Shown piece after piece: positions 1 to 12,800 of a stretch of DNA of 64,000 nucleotides. Under the pieces are notes generated by a model. It did no database searches and had not been told where the DNA came from. It saw only the letters and a program-made list of their open reading frames with translations. Both the position numbers and the translations under genes were made by a program. This DNA comes from Paramoeba atlantica (lineage: Eukaryota > Protista > Discosea), in assembly GCA_977017575.1 (NCBI GenBank), contig CDRNVI010000194.1:1-64000 (forward strand). Reading direction: 5' to 3'. Position 1 is the first letter of the stretch; every line of letters starts with the position of its first letter.

Positions 1-637
1 TAAACCCTAAACCCTAAACCCTAAACTCTAAACCCTAAACCCTAAACCCTAAACCCTAAACCCTAAACCCTAAACCCTAAACCCTAAACCCTAAACCCTA
101 AACCCTAAACCCTAAACCCTAAACCCTAAACCCTAAACCCTAAACCCTAAACCCTAAACCCTAAACCCTAAACCCTAAACCCTAAACCCTAAACCCTAAA
201 CCCTAAACCCTAAACCCTAAACCCTAAACCCTAAACCCTAAACCCTAAACCCTAAACCCTAAACCCTAAACCCTAAACCCTAAACCCTAAACCCTAAACC
301 CTAAACCCTAAACCCTAAACCCTAAACCCTAAACCCTAAACCCTAAACCCTAAACCCTAAACCCTAAACCCTAAACCCTAAACCCTAAACCCTAAACCCT
401 AAACCCTAAACCCTAAACCCTAAACCCTAAACCCTAAACCCTAAACCCTAAACCCTAAACCCTAAACCCTAAACCCTAAACCCTAAACCCTAAACCCTAA
501 ACCCTAAACCCTAAACCCTAAACCCTAAACCCTAAACCCTAAACCCTAAACCCTAAACCCTAAACCCTAAACCCTAAACCCTAAACCCTAAACCCTAAAC
601 CCTAAACCCTAAACCCTAAACCCTAAACCCTAAACCC
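1..637 (+). repeat. Telomeric array (CCCTAAA)n, i.e. TTTAGGG on the minus strand
   Basis: About 91 heptamers from base 1, with one variant unit (CTCTAAA at 26-32); ends abruptly at ...taaaccc 637. Confidence 0.99.
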
Positions 638-1729
638 ACAACACTCTCAACACTCTTCAAGAGTGTGCTTTGGGAGAGCAAAACGTAGCCAGGACCAAAA
701 AATAGAGCCCACACCAGCAAGTTAGAGAAAGGCACTGGTTTGTCAAAGTAAAATCATGCACAGTTAATCCCAACTACTTCCAGGAGGAAACTCACGGGGG
801 TTCCAGAGTTCCATCGAAAAATCCCAACTTCAAACCCAAAAAGAGACAACCAAAAAAAAAAAAAACAGCGAAAAGGGTGTCCCCCCCTTGGTGTGTCCCT
901 TCTGAGAAAAACAGAAACTGACTGGAGAAAGAAAGGGGTTTCATTGAATGGAGGGGGAAATATGAGGGGAAAAACACAAAGAAAAAGAATCAAAGAAAAC
1001 ATATATGACCAAAAACAAACACTAAAACCTGATGAAATTCACAACAACAATAACATGATGGTGGAAGTGGGGTAATAGAGCACAAAGCAGGGGGGCATCC
1101 TCTGACAAACTCAACAATCAGATGTTAACAAAAACAAACTCTCGGTTTAAGTTCTCCTTTTATATTAAGAATTCTATGAATTTCCAACAAACATCTTAAC
1201 AACAAAGGAACAATACAACAGCAATTTGTGATGAAACACAAATAAAGACCATCCAAAACGCTCCCTAAACCCTTTTGGGAAAACCCTTTTGGGAAAACCC
1301 GAAGGAAACACACAAAACAACACATCAAATCAGGAAGCATCTTTGTGAGTCGCAACACACACACACACTTTGATATTTTTAACAAACAATCTCTCGATAT
1401 ATTGATAAAGGGTTTAGGGTGTCCATTCACCTTACAATTGGTGGAGGGAGGGGAGGGGATGTGGCAGGAAGGAACTAGAAGGGAAAGAGAAAAGGAAAAG
1501 ATTAGTGTTCAAAGGAATGAGGGAGGGAGAGAGGGGGGAAAAGAGGAAGAGAATAAAAGAAAACAAACATAACAGTTATGCAACGATGGTGGTGGAGATC
1601 AATGGCAATCTTTGTGATATATTTGATAAACAATCTCTCGATATATTGATAATATTGGTGTTCATTCACTTTGCAATCCAACACACAAACCTTTATTAAT
1701 TAAAACACCTCACAAACCTGATGAGAACT

Positions 1730-3590
1730 GAAAGAGAAAAGAGAAAAGAGAAAAAAGAAAAGAGAAAGGATTTTGTTCAGTTCAATGTAAGGGGGAACAG
1801 GGAAGAAATACAAAGCAAAACAAAAACAAAACAAAAACAAAAATAAAACCAATGAATTTTACAACAATATATTATTATAGAAGTGGTGGATCAATCAAAA
1901 CAAAAAAAAACAGAGAACTGCCAGTTCAAAAAACAAAAAAAGAGAAAGAGAAAACCAAATGATTGTTTAGGGCTTTTGAAAAATTATTGTCGAATATTTT
2001 AGGAACAACACACGTTGTGAAACAGCAGCACACTTCCGGAACACAAGAAGTCAAGAAATTATCCAACAATAGCAATAACATTTCTCTTTTTTTTAAAAAA
2101 ACATAATCAGGAAAAAAGAGAAAAAAGAGAGGGAAAAGAGAGGGAAAAGAGAGGGAAAAGAGGAAAGAAAAAGAAAACCAGAAAGGAGAGTGAACACACA
2201 ACAAAGCCTTTGAAGAAGAGAAACATGATTCTTTTTTTTAACAAATATATTTACTTGCTGATTACAAAACTCATCTCTCTTCGAAAAAAAAAATCAGTTT
2301 GGAACAACAATTAAAAGAAAAGAAAAAGAAAGAGAAAGAGAAAAAAGAAGAAAAGAAAGAAAAGAAAAGAAAACCAAAAAAAACATTGTAAAAACTGTTC
2401 AAACTAAGGAAACAAAATTTTAGAATCTTATTTGGTGAGAAGAAAGAGAACAAAAAGGACACATCAAGAGGAGGGGGTAGGAGAAAACAAAAAGAAAACA
2501 GAAACAAAAAAGAAATGATCTATCAATCATCAAACAAATGGAGAGAAAAGACAGTCAAACCAAAAAAAATCAAAACAACCACCTTTTATCATGAAAAGGA
2601 GGGGGGAACACAAAAGGAGGAGAATAAAAGAAAACAAAAAGAAAAGAAAACAAACACCAAACACCATGATTCACAATAATAATAATTGGTAACGGCGAGA
2701 TATTATCGCTTCAAACCTTATCAATTAAAACCCCAACAAACACCCACAAAGAGAGAGAGAGAACTCTGGAGAAAGAGAAAAGAGAAAAAAGAAAGGATTT
2801 CGTTCAGTTCGATGGAAGAAATACAAAACAAAACAAAAACAAAACAAAAACAAAAATAAAACCAATGAATTTTATAATAATATATTATCGAGGTGGTGGA
2901 TCAATCAAAACAAAAAAAAAACAGAGAACTGCTAGTTCAAAAAACAGAAAAAAAGAGAAGAAAGAGAAAGAAAACCAGATGATTGTTTGGGGTTTTTGAA
3001 AAATTATTGTCAAATATTCAGAACAACACACGTCATGAAACAGCAGCACACTTGCATAACACAAGAAGTCAAAAAATCATCCATCAACAATGATGACATT
3101 CTCTCTTTTAAAAAAAACATAATCAGGAAAAAAGAGAGAAGGAGAGAGGAAAGATAAAAGAAAACCAGAAAAGGAGAGCGAACACACACAACAAAGCCAT
3201 TGAAGAAAAGAAATATGATTCTTTTTTTTTAACAAATATATTTATTTCCTGATTACAAAACTCATTCTCCCTTTGAAAAAAAATCAGTTTGGAACGACCA
3301 ATTAAAAGAAAAGAAAAAAGAAAAGAGAAAAAAGAAGAAATGAAAGAAAAGAAAAGAACAGAAAAAAACTTGGTAAAAACTGTTTGAACCAAGGAAACAA
3401 AATTTCAGAATCTTATTTGGTGAGGAAAAAGAGAACAAAAAGTGCACCAAGAGGAGGGGGCAGGAGGAAACAAAAAGAAAACAGAAACAAAAAAGAAATG
3501 ATCCATTGTCGATCAAACGAACAGAAAGAAAAGAGAGAGAAAAGATGGTCAAACCAAAAAAAACAAAACGACCACCTTTTCATGCGAAAA
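1730..3590. repeat. Subtelomeric tandem duplication, purine-rich block (about 1730-2600 and 2770-3590)
   Basis: Shared anchors in the same order in both copies: gaaaggattt(t/c)gttcagttc, gtggtggatcaatcaaaac, aaacagcagcacactt, acaaaactcat, aaaatt(t)tagaatcttatttggtgag, caaaac(a/g)accacctttt. Confidence 0.85.
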
Positions 3591-3810
3591 AGCAATTCAT
3601 CATTTATTTTTAGCACTCTAAAATATATGTCAGCCTTTTTACTACCTTTTGGCTTTGGAGTAGATGAATTTTTATATTTTATTTTTTATGTCTTTTTCAA
3701 TAAAACAAAAATAACAAAAATACTCACAAGAAAATCTGATTCGATATTTTGCCACCTAAAAATCTTTTATTTTTTGTATTTTTTTTTGTTTTTTGCCTTG
3801 AAAAACATGC

Positions 3811-6635
3811 TGTTGCTTGTTCAGGGGGGATGGAGGGAGTCACGGTCAGGGGGGCAAAGGGAAAAGACTTTTTTTGCTTCTTTCAAACAACTCTTTTTTT
3901 GTTTTCTTTGTGTGTGTGTAAAAAAAAGAGAAAAAGAGTTGATCTTGATGAGGTGAGAGATCGCTTCAAAGACCACACACAGAGAGAGGAAGGAAGAATT
4001 GTGGTGTGGATTGCTCAGAACTCAGAACATTATCCCTCTCCTATGTGATCAGGTTTTCTTCTTTGTTTCCTCTCAGTGTTTTTTTTTTTTTTGTCCTTTC
4101 TCTCCTCTTTTCCCCACTTTTTTTTTTGGTTTTTGATCTCTTTTCCTTTTGTTTGTGTGTCTTTTGTTTGTGTGTGTTTTTTGTTTGTGTGTCTTTTGTT
4201 CACCACCCTAAACCCTTGTTTTTCACACTTGTTTTCGTCATGTTTATTTTTCCTTTCTTGGGTATCATGATGGATGAGGCTTGAGATGCGGTTCTCTTCA
4301 TCCTTTTGTTTATCTTGTCTTTTTTATTTGTTCTTCTTTCTTTGTTCTTTTGTTTGTTCTTTTCTTTATTGTCTTTTTGTGTCCTCTTTGCTCTTCCTTT
4401 TCCCCCTTTTCCCCCTTCCCTTTCACTCTCCCTTCCCTAAACCCTTTTCTGTTGCAAACCCCTACCTTGTTCTGTTGTCTTCTATTCATTTTGAAGTCTT
4501 TCTCACTGCTCTTTCCTGTCGAATCTCCTCTGTCGATTCTCCCCTCTTCTGTTTTTCTACTGTCTCCTTTCTTACCTTTTCCTCAAAAATTTGTTTTCTC
4601 ACTTTGATTGTTCTTTCTTATTTGGAGTGTTTTCCTCTTTTGTGTTTTTCCCTCTCTTTTGTCTTTCGTTGGTGCTTTGTACTCCTTCAACCCTGCCTGC
4701 TGTGTTTTGATTCATTTTTGTTTTTTGTCACATTTGATTTTTTTCTGTGTTTTCTCTCTTTGAATATTTTCTCTTTTGTTCAAAACCCTATTCTTTCTTT
4801 TGTTGTTGTTGTTCCTTTTATTTGATATAAACCACACCTTCTGCTTTTTCGATTTGATCTTTGGATTGACTTTCGTTTATTGTTTTGTTGTTTTTCTGTG
4901 GAGATCTCATCAATCCTGACATTTTCCCTTTCCCCTCCCCCCAAATCTTCGCTTCTCCCTCTTTTCCTTTTCTCTTTTGTTGATATCTCCCCATCTTTAC
5001 TCTAATAACCTTATTCTCTCTCTTCTCTCTTTCTAAACCTTTTTTTCTTTCAATAGAGTGTAGTTGTGGGGCAGAGGAAGTTTTTTTCTCCAAATTTGTC
5101 GTCATTACAATCTTTTTCTCTTTCTTTTTTTTCAATCTCTTTTTTGCAAGTACTTTTTTTTTTTTTTTTTCATTTTCTCTTTCTCTTTCTCTCTTTTAAA
5201 GAAATAAAATAAAATGATCAATTATTGCTTGTTCAGGGGAGGGTGATGGAGGGAGTCAAAGTTAGGGGGGCGGCAAGGGGAAGAGACTTTTTTTTGCTTC
5301 TTTCATCAAACAACTCTTTTTTTGTTTTCTTTGTGTGTGTAAAAAAAAGAGAAAAAGAGTTGATCTTGATGAGGTGAGAGATTGCTTCAAAAACCACACG
5401 CGGAGAGAGAGGAAGGAAGAATTGTGGTGTGGATTGCTCAGAACATTATCCCTCCCCTATGTGATCAGGTTTTTCTTCTTTGTTTCCTCTCAGTGTTTTT
5501 TTTTTGTTTTGGTCCTTTCTCTCCTCTTCTCCCCCCTTTCCTTTTTTTTGGGTTTTTGATTTCTTTTCCTTTTGTTTGTGTGTCTTTTGTTTGTGTGTCT
5601 TTTGTTCGCCACCCTAAACCCTTGTTCGTCACACTTGTTTTCGTCATGTTTATTTTTCCTTTCTTGGGTATCATGATGGATGAGGCTTGAGATGTGGTTT
5701 CTCTTCATCCTTTTGTTTGTTTTGTCTTTTTTATTTGTTCTTCTTTTTTTGTTCTTTTGTTCGTTCTTTTCTTTATCTTTTTGTGTCCTCTTTGCTCTTC
5801 CTTTTTTCCCTTTTTCCCCTTTCCCTTTCCACCTTATTCTGTATTTCAAATCTCTACCTTATTCTGTTGTCTTTTATTCATTTTGAAGTCTTTCTCACTG
5901 CTCTTTCCTGTTGAATCTCCCCTGTCGATTCTCCCCTCTTTTGTTTTTCTTCTGTCTCCTTTCTTACCTTTTCCTCAAAAATTTATGTTTTCTTCTCACT
6001 TTGATTGTTCTTTCTTATTTGGAGTGTTTTCCTCTTTTGTGCTTTTCCCTCTCTTTTGTCTTTCGTTGGTGCTCCTTCAACAACAACAACCCTGCCTGCT
6101 GTGTTTTGATTCATCCTTTTGTTTTTTGTTACATTTGATTTTTTCTGTGTTTTCTCTCTTTGAATATTTTCTCTTTTGTTCAAAACCCTATTCTTTCTTT
6201 CTTTCTTTTGTTATTCCTTTATTTGATATAAACCACACCTTCTGCTTTTTTTCAATTTGATCTTTGGATTGACTTTCATTTATTGTTTTGTTGTTTATTT
6301 TCTGTGGAGATCTCATCAATCCTCTGACATTTTCCCTTTCCCCCCCTCCCCCTCCCCCCCCCCAAATCTTCGCTTCTCCCCTCTTTCCTTTTCTCTTTCA
6401 TTGATATCTCCCCATCTTTACTCTAATAACCTTATTCTCTCTCTTCTCTCTTTTTAAATCTTTTTTTCTTTCAATAGAGTGTAGTTGTGGGGCAGAGGAA
6501 GTTTTTCTCCCCAAATTTATCGTCCTTGCAATCTTTTTCTCTCTCTTTTTTTTCAATCTCTTTTGCAAGTACTTTTTTCTTTTTTTTTCATTTTCTTTTC
6601 TCTTTCTCTCTTTTAAAGAAATAAAATAGAATGAT
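3811..6635. repeat. Subtelomeric tandem duplication, pyrimidine-rich block, period about 1.4 kb (about 3811-5220 and 5225-6635)
   Basis: Shared anchors: ttgcttgttcagggg, gttgatcttgatgaggtgagaga, gggtatcatgatggatgaggcttgagatg, gatataaaccacaccttctgc, caatagagtgtagttgtggggcagaggaag. Confidence 0.9.
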
Positions 6636-7009
6636 CAATTGCTGCTGCTGCTGTATTGTTGTTGTGGTCAGATGTCAACTATCACCCCATCTGCCTCTCC
6701 CCGAACAAAAATATCATTGCTTTTTGGAGTCATTTTTGAGTGCTGCTAAATCAGGTTTACTTCTTTTATGGTAATTAGTTGTTGTTGATTAATTATTTAT
6801 TGTTCTTTGTTTGTTCTTTGTGTGAAATTCTTATATATGAAAATTATTAATATTTTGGGGATGATTATTTATTGTTAATATTTAACATGTTATTTTTCTG
6901 TTGTATTATCAATCCATTTTTATTAAGGTTTTGCTTTCATATATTTGTTGCTTTTGAATAATATAACACCTCTCTTTGTTTTGGTTTGATTCTTGGTTAG
7001 TTCTTATTT

Positions 7010-7440
7010 TTTAATTTTTTATTTTTTTTTTGGGAGTCAAAATCCAGACTTTTGATCAATTTATTTTTGGGTTCAATTCTTGATTGGTTCATATTTTTTT
7101 TTTTAATTTTTTTTTGGGAGTCAAAATCCTTCTGTGATGAGAATTTTGATTGATTTATTTTTGGGTTCAATTCTTCATTGGTTCATATTTTTTTTTTAAT
7201 TTTTTTGGGGAGTCAAAATCCTTCTGTGACAAGAAATTTGATCAATTTATTTTTGGGTTCAATTCTTCATTGGTTCATATTTTTTTTTTAATTTTTTTTT
7301 GAGAAGTTAAAATCCTTCTGTGACAAGAATTTTGATCAATTTATTTTTCATTCAATTCTTAATTGGTTCACATTTTTTTTAATTTTTTTTTGAGGAATCA
7401 AAATTCTTCTGTGATGAGACTTTTGATTGATTTATTTTCA
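7010..7440. repeat. Minisatellite, about 5 units of roughly 90 bp
   Basis: Repeating gggagtcaaaatccttctgtga...gatcaatttatttttgggttcaattctt..ttggttcatattttt units. Confidence 0.85.
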
Positions 7441-7442
7441 CA

Positions 7443-8018
7443 CCAGGCTGGCTAAACCCGATGCACCTTGAGTCATGAATTTATCAATCATCCAAATCAA
7501 CCCTGTTTATTTCTTTCAAACCTGCAAAAAAAATCATGTCCATATCAGTTTTTTTGATTTTTTTTTTTTGATTCACCACTCTTTTTTGTTTTTTTCTTGT
7601 GTTTTGAGTTTCAGAAAAGTTGAAAGATGAGAGAGAAATAAGATTTGTTCTTCTTTTTTTCAAGTTTTTTTTGTAAACTTTGTTTTTTTGGTTTGGGAGT
7701 CTTCTTGTATCTTCTTGTGTTTTTTTCTTTCATTTTTTTATCTTTTCAGGAGAAAACAAGGTTTTTGTGTTTTTTGAAATTCTGAAAATGAATTTTTTTT
7801 TGTGTTTGGCTGGATTCTGGGTATTTTATTTTTTGGAATTCTGAAAAAGAAAGATTGTTTTTCGGAATTCTGATTTTCAAAGGTTTGTCCAAAATTGAGT
7901 TGGAACTGGTTATTTGCTAAGGTGGAACTTTTTTTTTGAGGCCTTGAATGGAAGTGATGGGGTTAGTTTGGATGATTGATAAATTCACAACTCGAGGTGC
8001 ATAATTTAGCCAGCCTGG
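7443..8018. mobile_element. MITE-like non-autonomous element with ~60-bp imperfect terminal inverted repeats
   Basis: Left ccaggctggctaaacccgatgcaccttgagtcatgaatttatcaatcatccaaatcaaccc is the reverse complement, with a few mismatches, of right gggttagtttggatgattgataaattcacaactcgaggtgcataatttagccagcctgg. No internal ORF; TSD unclear. Confidence 0.75.
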
Positions 8019-9139
8019 AGTAATTGGTTTATATTTTTTTTTTTTTTTTGGAGAGATCAAAAATCCTTCATTTTTTTTCTTTTTTTTTTCTCATATTATT
8101 TTTTTTTTATTTAAAGGTGAATTATTGAGTGAACTTTATGGATTTCACTTCTCTTCTTGTTATGTTAAGCTGTTTTGCTTTTTCTTCTATTGTATTAATT
8201 GAACCTTGTGTTGGTTACTATTATCAAAAGAAAGAGAAGAATAGATTAAAATCTTTTCTATTGTATTATCTCCTTTTTTTTTATGTCTTTTGTTGACCTT
8301 TTTTTTGTTTGAATTTTTTTCTTCTTTCTTTTTTCTTTCTTTAAATTCTTCTTATTTCTCTTTCAACTTGTTTTCTATTTTTTTTTTTTTTTTTAATTTT
8401 TTTCAATTGTTTTTTTTCAAAAAATAATAAATAATTTTTCAAAATAAATTGAATGAATTTATTTTTTCAATTTTTTTAAAAAACCATTTTCTTTCTCTTA
8501 CAACCATTTATTTTAAATAAAAATCTTTTCTTTAAAGAAAAATAAAAAAAAAGAAGAAATTTTAAGTTGCAGGAAAACCTAATGTTGCAAAAAGACTTTT
8601 AAAAAAAAATATTGATTTAAAGGGAGTAAAGAGCCTAAACCTATAAAATAATAGGTTGAACTGGGCAAGAGCTATAAACCCTAAACCCTAATACAATGCA
8701 AAGCAGAGAAAATCAACACAGTGTGTAAAGAAGAAATAAGGAACTATTTCTGTTGTAATGCTTGTTGTGTTGGTTGTTTTGTTCTTTTTGTTTTGTTTTG
8801 TTTTTATTGTGTGTCATGAATTGTGAGCAAGTGCACTTGTGGGAGATGTTGGGTTGTTATAGTTGGTTTTGTTGACTTTGTTGTTTTGTTGGTGAGTGGA
8901 AACACTGAACTGTTTTGTGTGTGTTTTCCAATTGTGAATAATTGTAAATTATTTGTTGCCCTTTTTTGTACAAAAGAGGTTTTGTTCTTTGGACCCATTT
9001 GTAGGCGAAAGAGTGTAAACTTTCTTTTGTTCTTTTTGGCTTTTGGAATGCATATGATAAAAGACATTGAACCAAGCTTGTTTTTTTTTTGTTCTTTGTT
9101 CTTGTTCTCTGTTCTTATCTCTATCTCCATACTATTCTG

Positions 9140-9330
9140 TAGAGAACTCAACTCATTTCAACCAAAAAGACTATTATATTAGACACAAAGTTGCTGATGA
9201 AACAGTTGAAATTAAACATGTACCCACTGCTGAAAACCTTGCTAACATTTTTACCAAACCCCTGACCCCTATGAAACTTAATCTCTTGAGAGAAGATCTT
9301 ATTTCCCAGTGTACCACTGGAGATCACTGA
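9140..9330 (+). pseudogene. Ty1/copia RNase H C-terminal remnant
   Basis: Translates to STHFNQKDYYIRHKVADETVEIKHVPTAENLANIFTKPL, matching the copia pol end consensus (KHIDIRYHFIR...V....I.L.YVPT.ENLADIFTKPL); followed by a purine tract gggagagg at 9354-9361. Confidence 0.85.
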
Positions 9331-9849
9331 TCAATTTGAGATGACTTCAAATTGGGAGAGGTGTGTTATGAACCCTGTTTGGTTATCTTCTATTCAATTT
9401 GATGCCATCTTGTTGCTCCACTCCTCTGATTGATCACTGCTCTTTCTCTCTCTCTTTTCCCTTTCTCTATTGTATTTTTTCCTTTATATTATTTTCCCTT
9501 TTTCTATTTTTCCTGATGTTTATTTTATCCCTTCCTGATTTGATTTTGTCCTTGTTTCCTTCTGAACATGTCTACTTTGGTACAGACTAAAGAAGGCGTG
9601 TCAGAAATATGTTGAATGAACAACTGAAGAGCAATCCTTAGAAGTCTCACAAAAAAGCGAGAAACTTCCTGATGACATCATCAATGATGTTCTTTATTTA
9701 GATTCACAGAAGGTTGATTTGGAGGAGACCAAGGGTTGACTTGAAGGAGATTGGGAATTGACCTGAAGAAGATCAAGAGTCAGATCAAATGAATAGAGCA
9801 GAGAGTCAAGTGTCTTCAAAGTAGCGCACATTGCTTGTGTGCACTCTCC

Positions 9850-12800
9850 CCACCCGAGAAGTCCTTCGTTTAGAAGAAACAGAGGTGCTCAAAGAAGAGC
9901 TTGAGGAGCTTGAAGAGCTTGAGGACTTGGAAGAGGAAGAAGACTTCTTGGTTGATTTAGAGGTTGATGGTTTGGAGGTTTTCGATGACTTAGAGGAAGA
10001 GGAAGAGGAAGAAGACTTCTTGAGTAACTTGGAAGTTGATGATTTGGAGGATGATGACTTAAAAGAAGATGATTTAAAAGGAGATGGATTCAGAGGGTGT
10101 TTCTGATGATATCTTTTGATTTGTTTTGAAGCATCAATTTGTAAAACATGGATTCATTTAGCATCAACTTTTCAGTAGTGTTTGAAATGCACTCAATAAT
10201 AAAGTTTTCCATTTAAATACTTATGCTTAAGGATTTCCTTCACTTTAAAATCATAACCATCATCATTTTCAACAATCTTTTTAGGTGCTAGCTCTGAATT
10301 AACAATAGATATTTCATTTGATTCAAGATGCAGAGTAATCTTGTACTGAACATGGAGTTTCTTTAAGTTCTGAACATTTTGGATTTCTGAATTCTTCTCT
10401 CGTTTGAGTTCTTGAATCTGGTAACTTCCATTTTTAAGATCCTCCACAACCACATAAATCTCTTGGTAGTAATAGGGTCTGTACTTCTTCACAATCTCTT
10501 TTCCTTTTGATTTGTTTTTCTTCAACACTTGATCACCAACCTTCAACACAGTGTATGTTCCTTCATTTGCTTTGTCATATCATTGTTTTTATTTCACAGC
10601 CACTTTCTCTCTCTCCTCTCAGACCCAATTAATTACGCCCTCCCTCTCAGTTTGTAGCTTCTTGATGTAGTCATCAATCAGTACCACTGGTTTGTTCACA
10701 GAGCTGAAGAGAGAATCGATTGGCATAATTGGATGTCTCCCAAAGTGAAGATAAAAAGGTGTGTAATCAATCGAGGAGGAACAAGAAGTATTGAAAGCAA
10801 ATTCCACAAGAAGTAAGAGAAGGTCCCAATCGTCTGCATATTTATCAACAAATGAGCGAATGATTGATTCTGTAACTTTGTGGGAACATTCAACATGGCC
10901 ATTACTTTTGGAGTTGTAGGGGGCAATAAAAGTTTGTTTCATTCTGAGAAGCTGGGTCAGTTCTGCAAAAATTTGATTTGCAAATTTTGAACCATTATCT
11001 GTTACTATCTGCAAAGGCATTGAATTAACACAAATATACTGAAGTAAGGCTTCAGCAGAGGCTTTGGCAGAGGGATCTGGAATTGCATACAGACATATAT
11101 AGCCACTAAAGTTATCAAAGATAGCTAAAATAAAAGAATTCCCACGAGCAGTGACTTTTGGTCCCTTTGTACAATCCAGGTGGAGTAAAATTCCAGGATA
11201 AGAAGCCATGTAAGGGTTTAAATCAGATGTCAATGTCTTTGTTTTCGAGTTGATCGCACAATTAAGGCAGTGGTGATAGTAACCTTTGATCGCAGCACTC
11301 ATACTAGGAAAATAATAGGAGACAGCAATTGCATCATAAAGTCACTCAAACTTGTGGTGTCCAGAGATTAGATCTGAATGATAAGTGTCAAATACTGTAT
11401 TCCACAAGCTCTGGGGCAGAATTGCAGGTGGGAGACAACCAGCAGCTGTAGTTTCATCCACTTTCCTCAAGATTCTGGATTCATCAACCCAGTACTTGTG
11501 AGCAGTTTGTTGGAGTGCCTGAAGATAGCGCTTCCTCTTAGACAAGAGACCATTAATCAAGTAGTTAATAATCATTGAGCAAAACTTATCTTTCCTTTGA
11601 GCCTGAGCAAGGTAAAGAAGTTCAACTAAAACCTGATCAATGTTATCCATATCCACTTCAACATTTTCAGAACTTTCTTTTGCTGTGGAAAGTGGCAGAG
11701 GCAGTGATTGAATAGGAGGAATGTCATGAATTTCCAGCTCACTGATTAATTCAATTTTTTCCAAAATGTCATTTTGTCTTGAGAGGATATGGGCTTTTCT
11801 TGAAGAAGATTGTTACAAATCCACCAACTCTTCAAACCAACAAGTCACATAATCCTTTGAAGTGGCCTTATCATGATATCCAATGTACTGGTGGCTTAGA
11901 GCATCAGGGATTGCCATCAACTTTCCAGGTTTGTGAATGACCTTTGGGTGATATTCTAGAATTCGAGCAACCCAATCACACAGCATATCATGGTTCAGTA
12001 CTTTCTGTTGACCTGTTTTAAATACAGATTTGAGAGATTTGCAATCACAGAACACAATAGGATTTCAACCACAGACATAATACTTGAAGTTGTTTAATGC
12101 CCACAGGATTCCAAGGCCCTCCTGCAGAGGATTAGTATACTTCTGCTGTGTCTCTGTGAGTGTTCAAGAAGCATACTCAATAACTCAGTGGTGGCCATCT
12201 TGATCCATCTGAGTGAGAATTGCTCCAAGACCAAGCTTGCTGGCATTAACATGGATAAAAAATTCTTTTGAAAAGTCAAGATAGGCCATACAGGTTTCAG
12301 ATGTTAAGAGCTCCTTTAAGAGATGTATCTCCTTGATGGATTCTTGGGATAGTGAAAACTTCTTTGGATCCATCACTTTGGCTTTTCTCAAGTGTGTTGT
12401 TAAACTAAATGAATGAGGGATGAACTGTTTTAACCAAGTAACCATTTCCAAAAATCTCTCAACTTCCTTTGGAGTAGTTGGAAGTGGGTAATTCTAGATT
12501 ACCTCAACTTTTTTCGGATTTGGCTTCAAACCATCCTTTGTTGCAATAAATCCAAGAATTTCAAAATTTGGCTTGCAAAATGAGCACTTTGCTGGTTGGA
12601 GCATTAAATCATTGTCCCTCAATCTTTGGAAAATTTTTGTCAGATCAGCCAAATGTTGTTCAAATGTTGAGCTGTAACAAAGGATATCATCAATGTAGGC
12701 AAAACAACATTGCCAAACCAGACCACTCAAGACCATTTCAATAAACCATTGTTGTGTTGTTGGAGCGTTACATAACCCAAAAGGCCTTGAAAGAAATTCT

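Noticed and set aside
754-8800. Many 60-190 aa ORFs rich in F/L/S or K/R/E
   Set aside because: They arise from poly-T and poly-A low-complexity sequence and show no recognisable motifs. The same applies to similar ORFs overlapping introns at 42-64 kb.
9831-10106. Acidic E/D/L-rich ORF (also 19010-19225, 24388-24615, 35194-35469)
   Set aside because: It is the antisense reading of the Ser/Lys integrase tail, not an independent gene.
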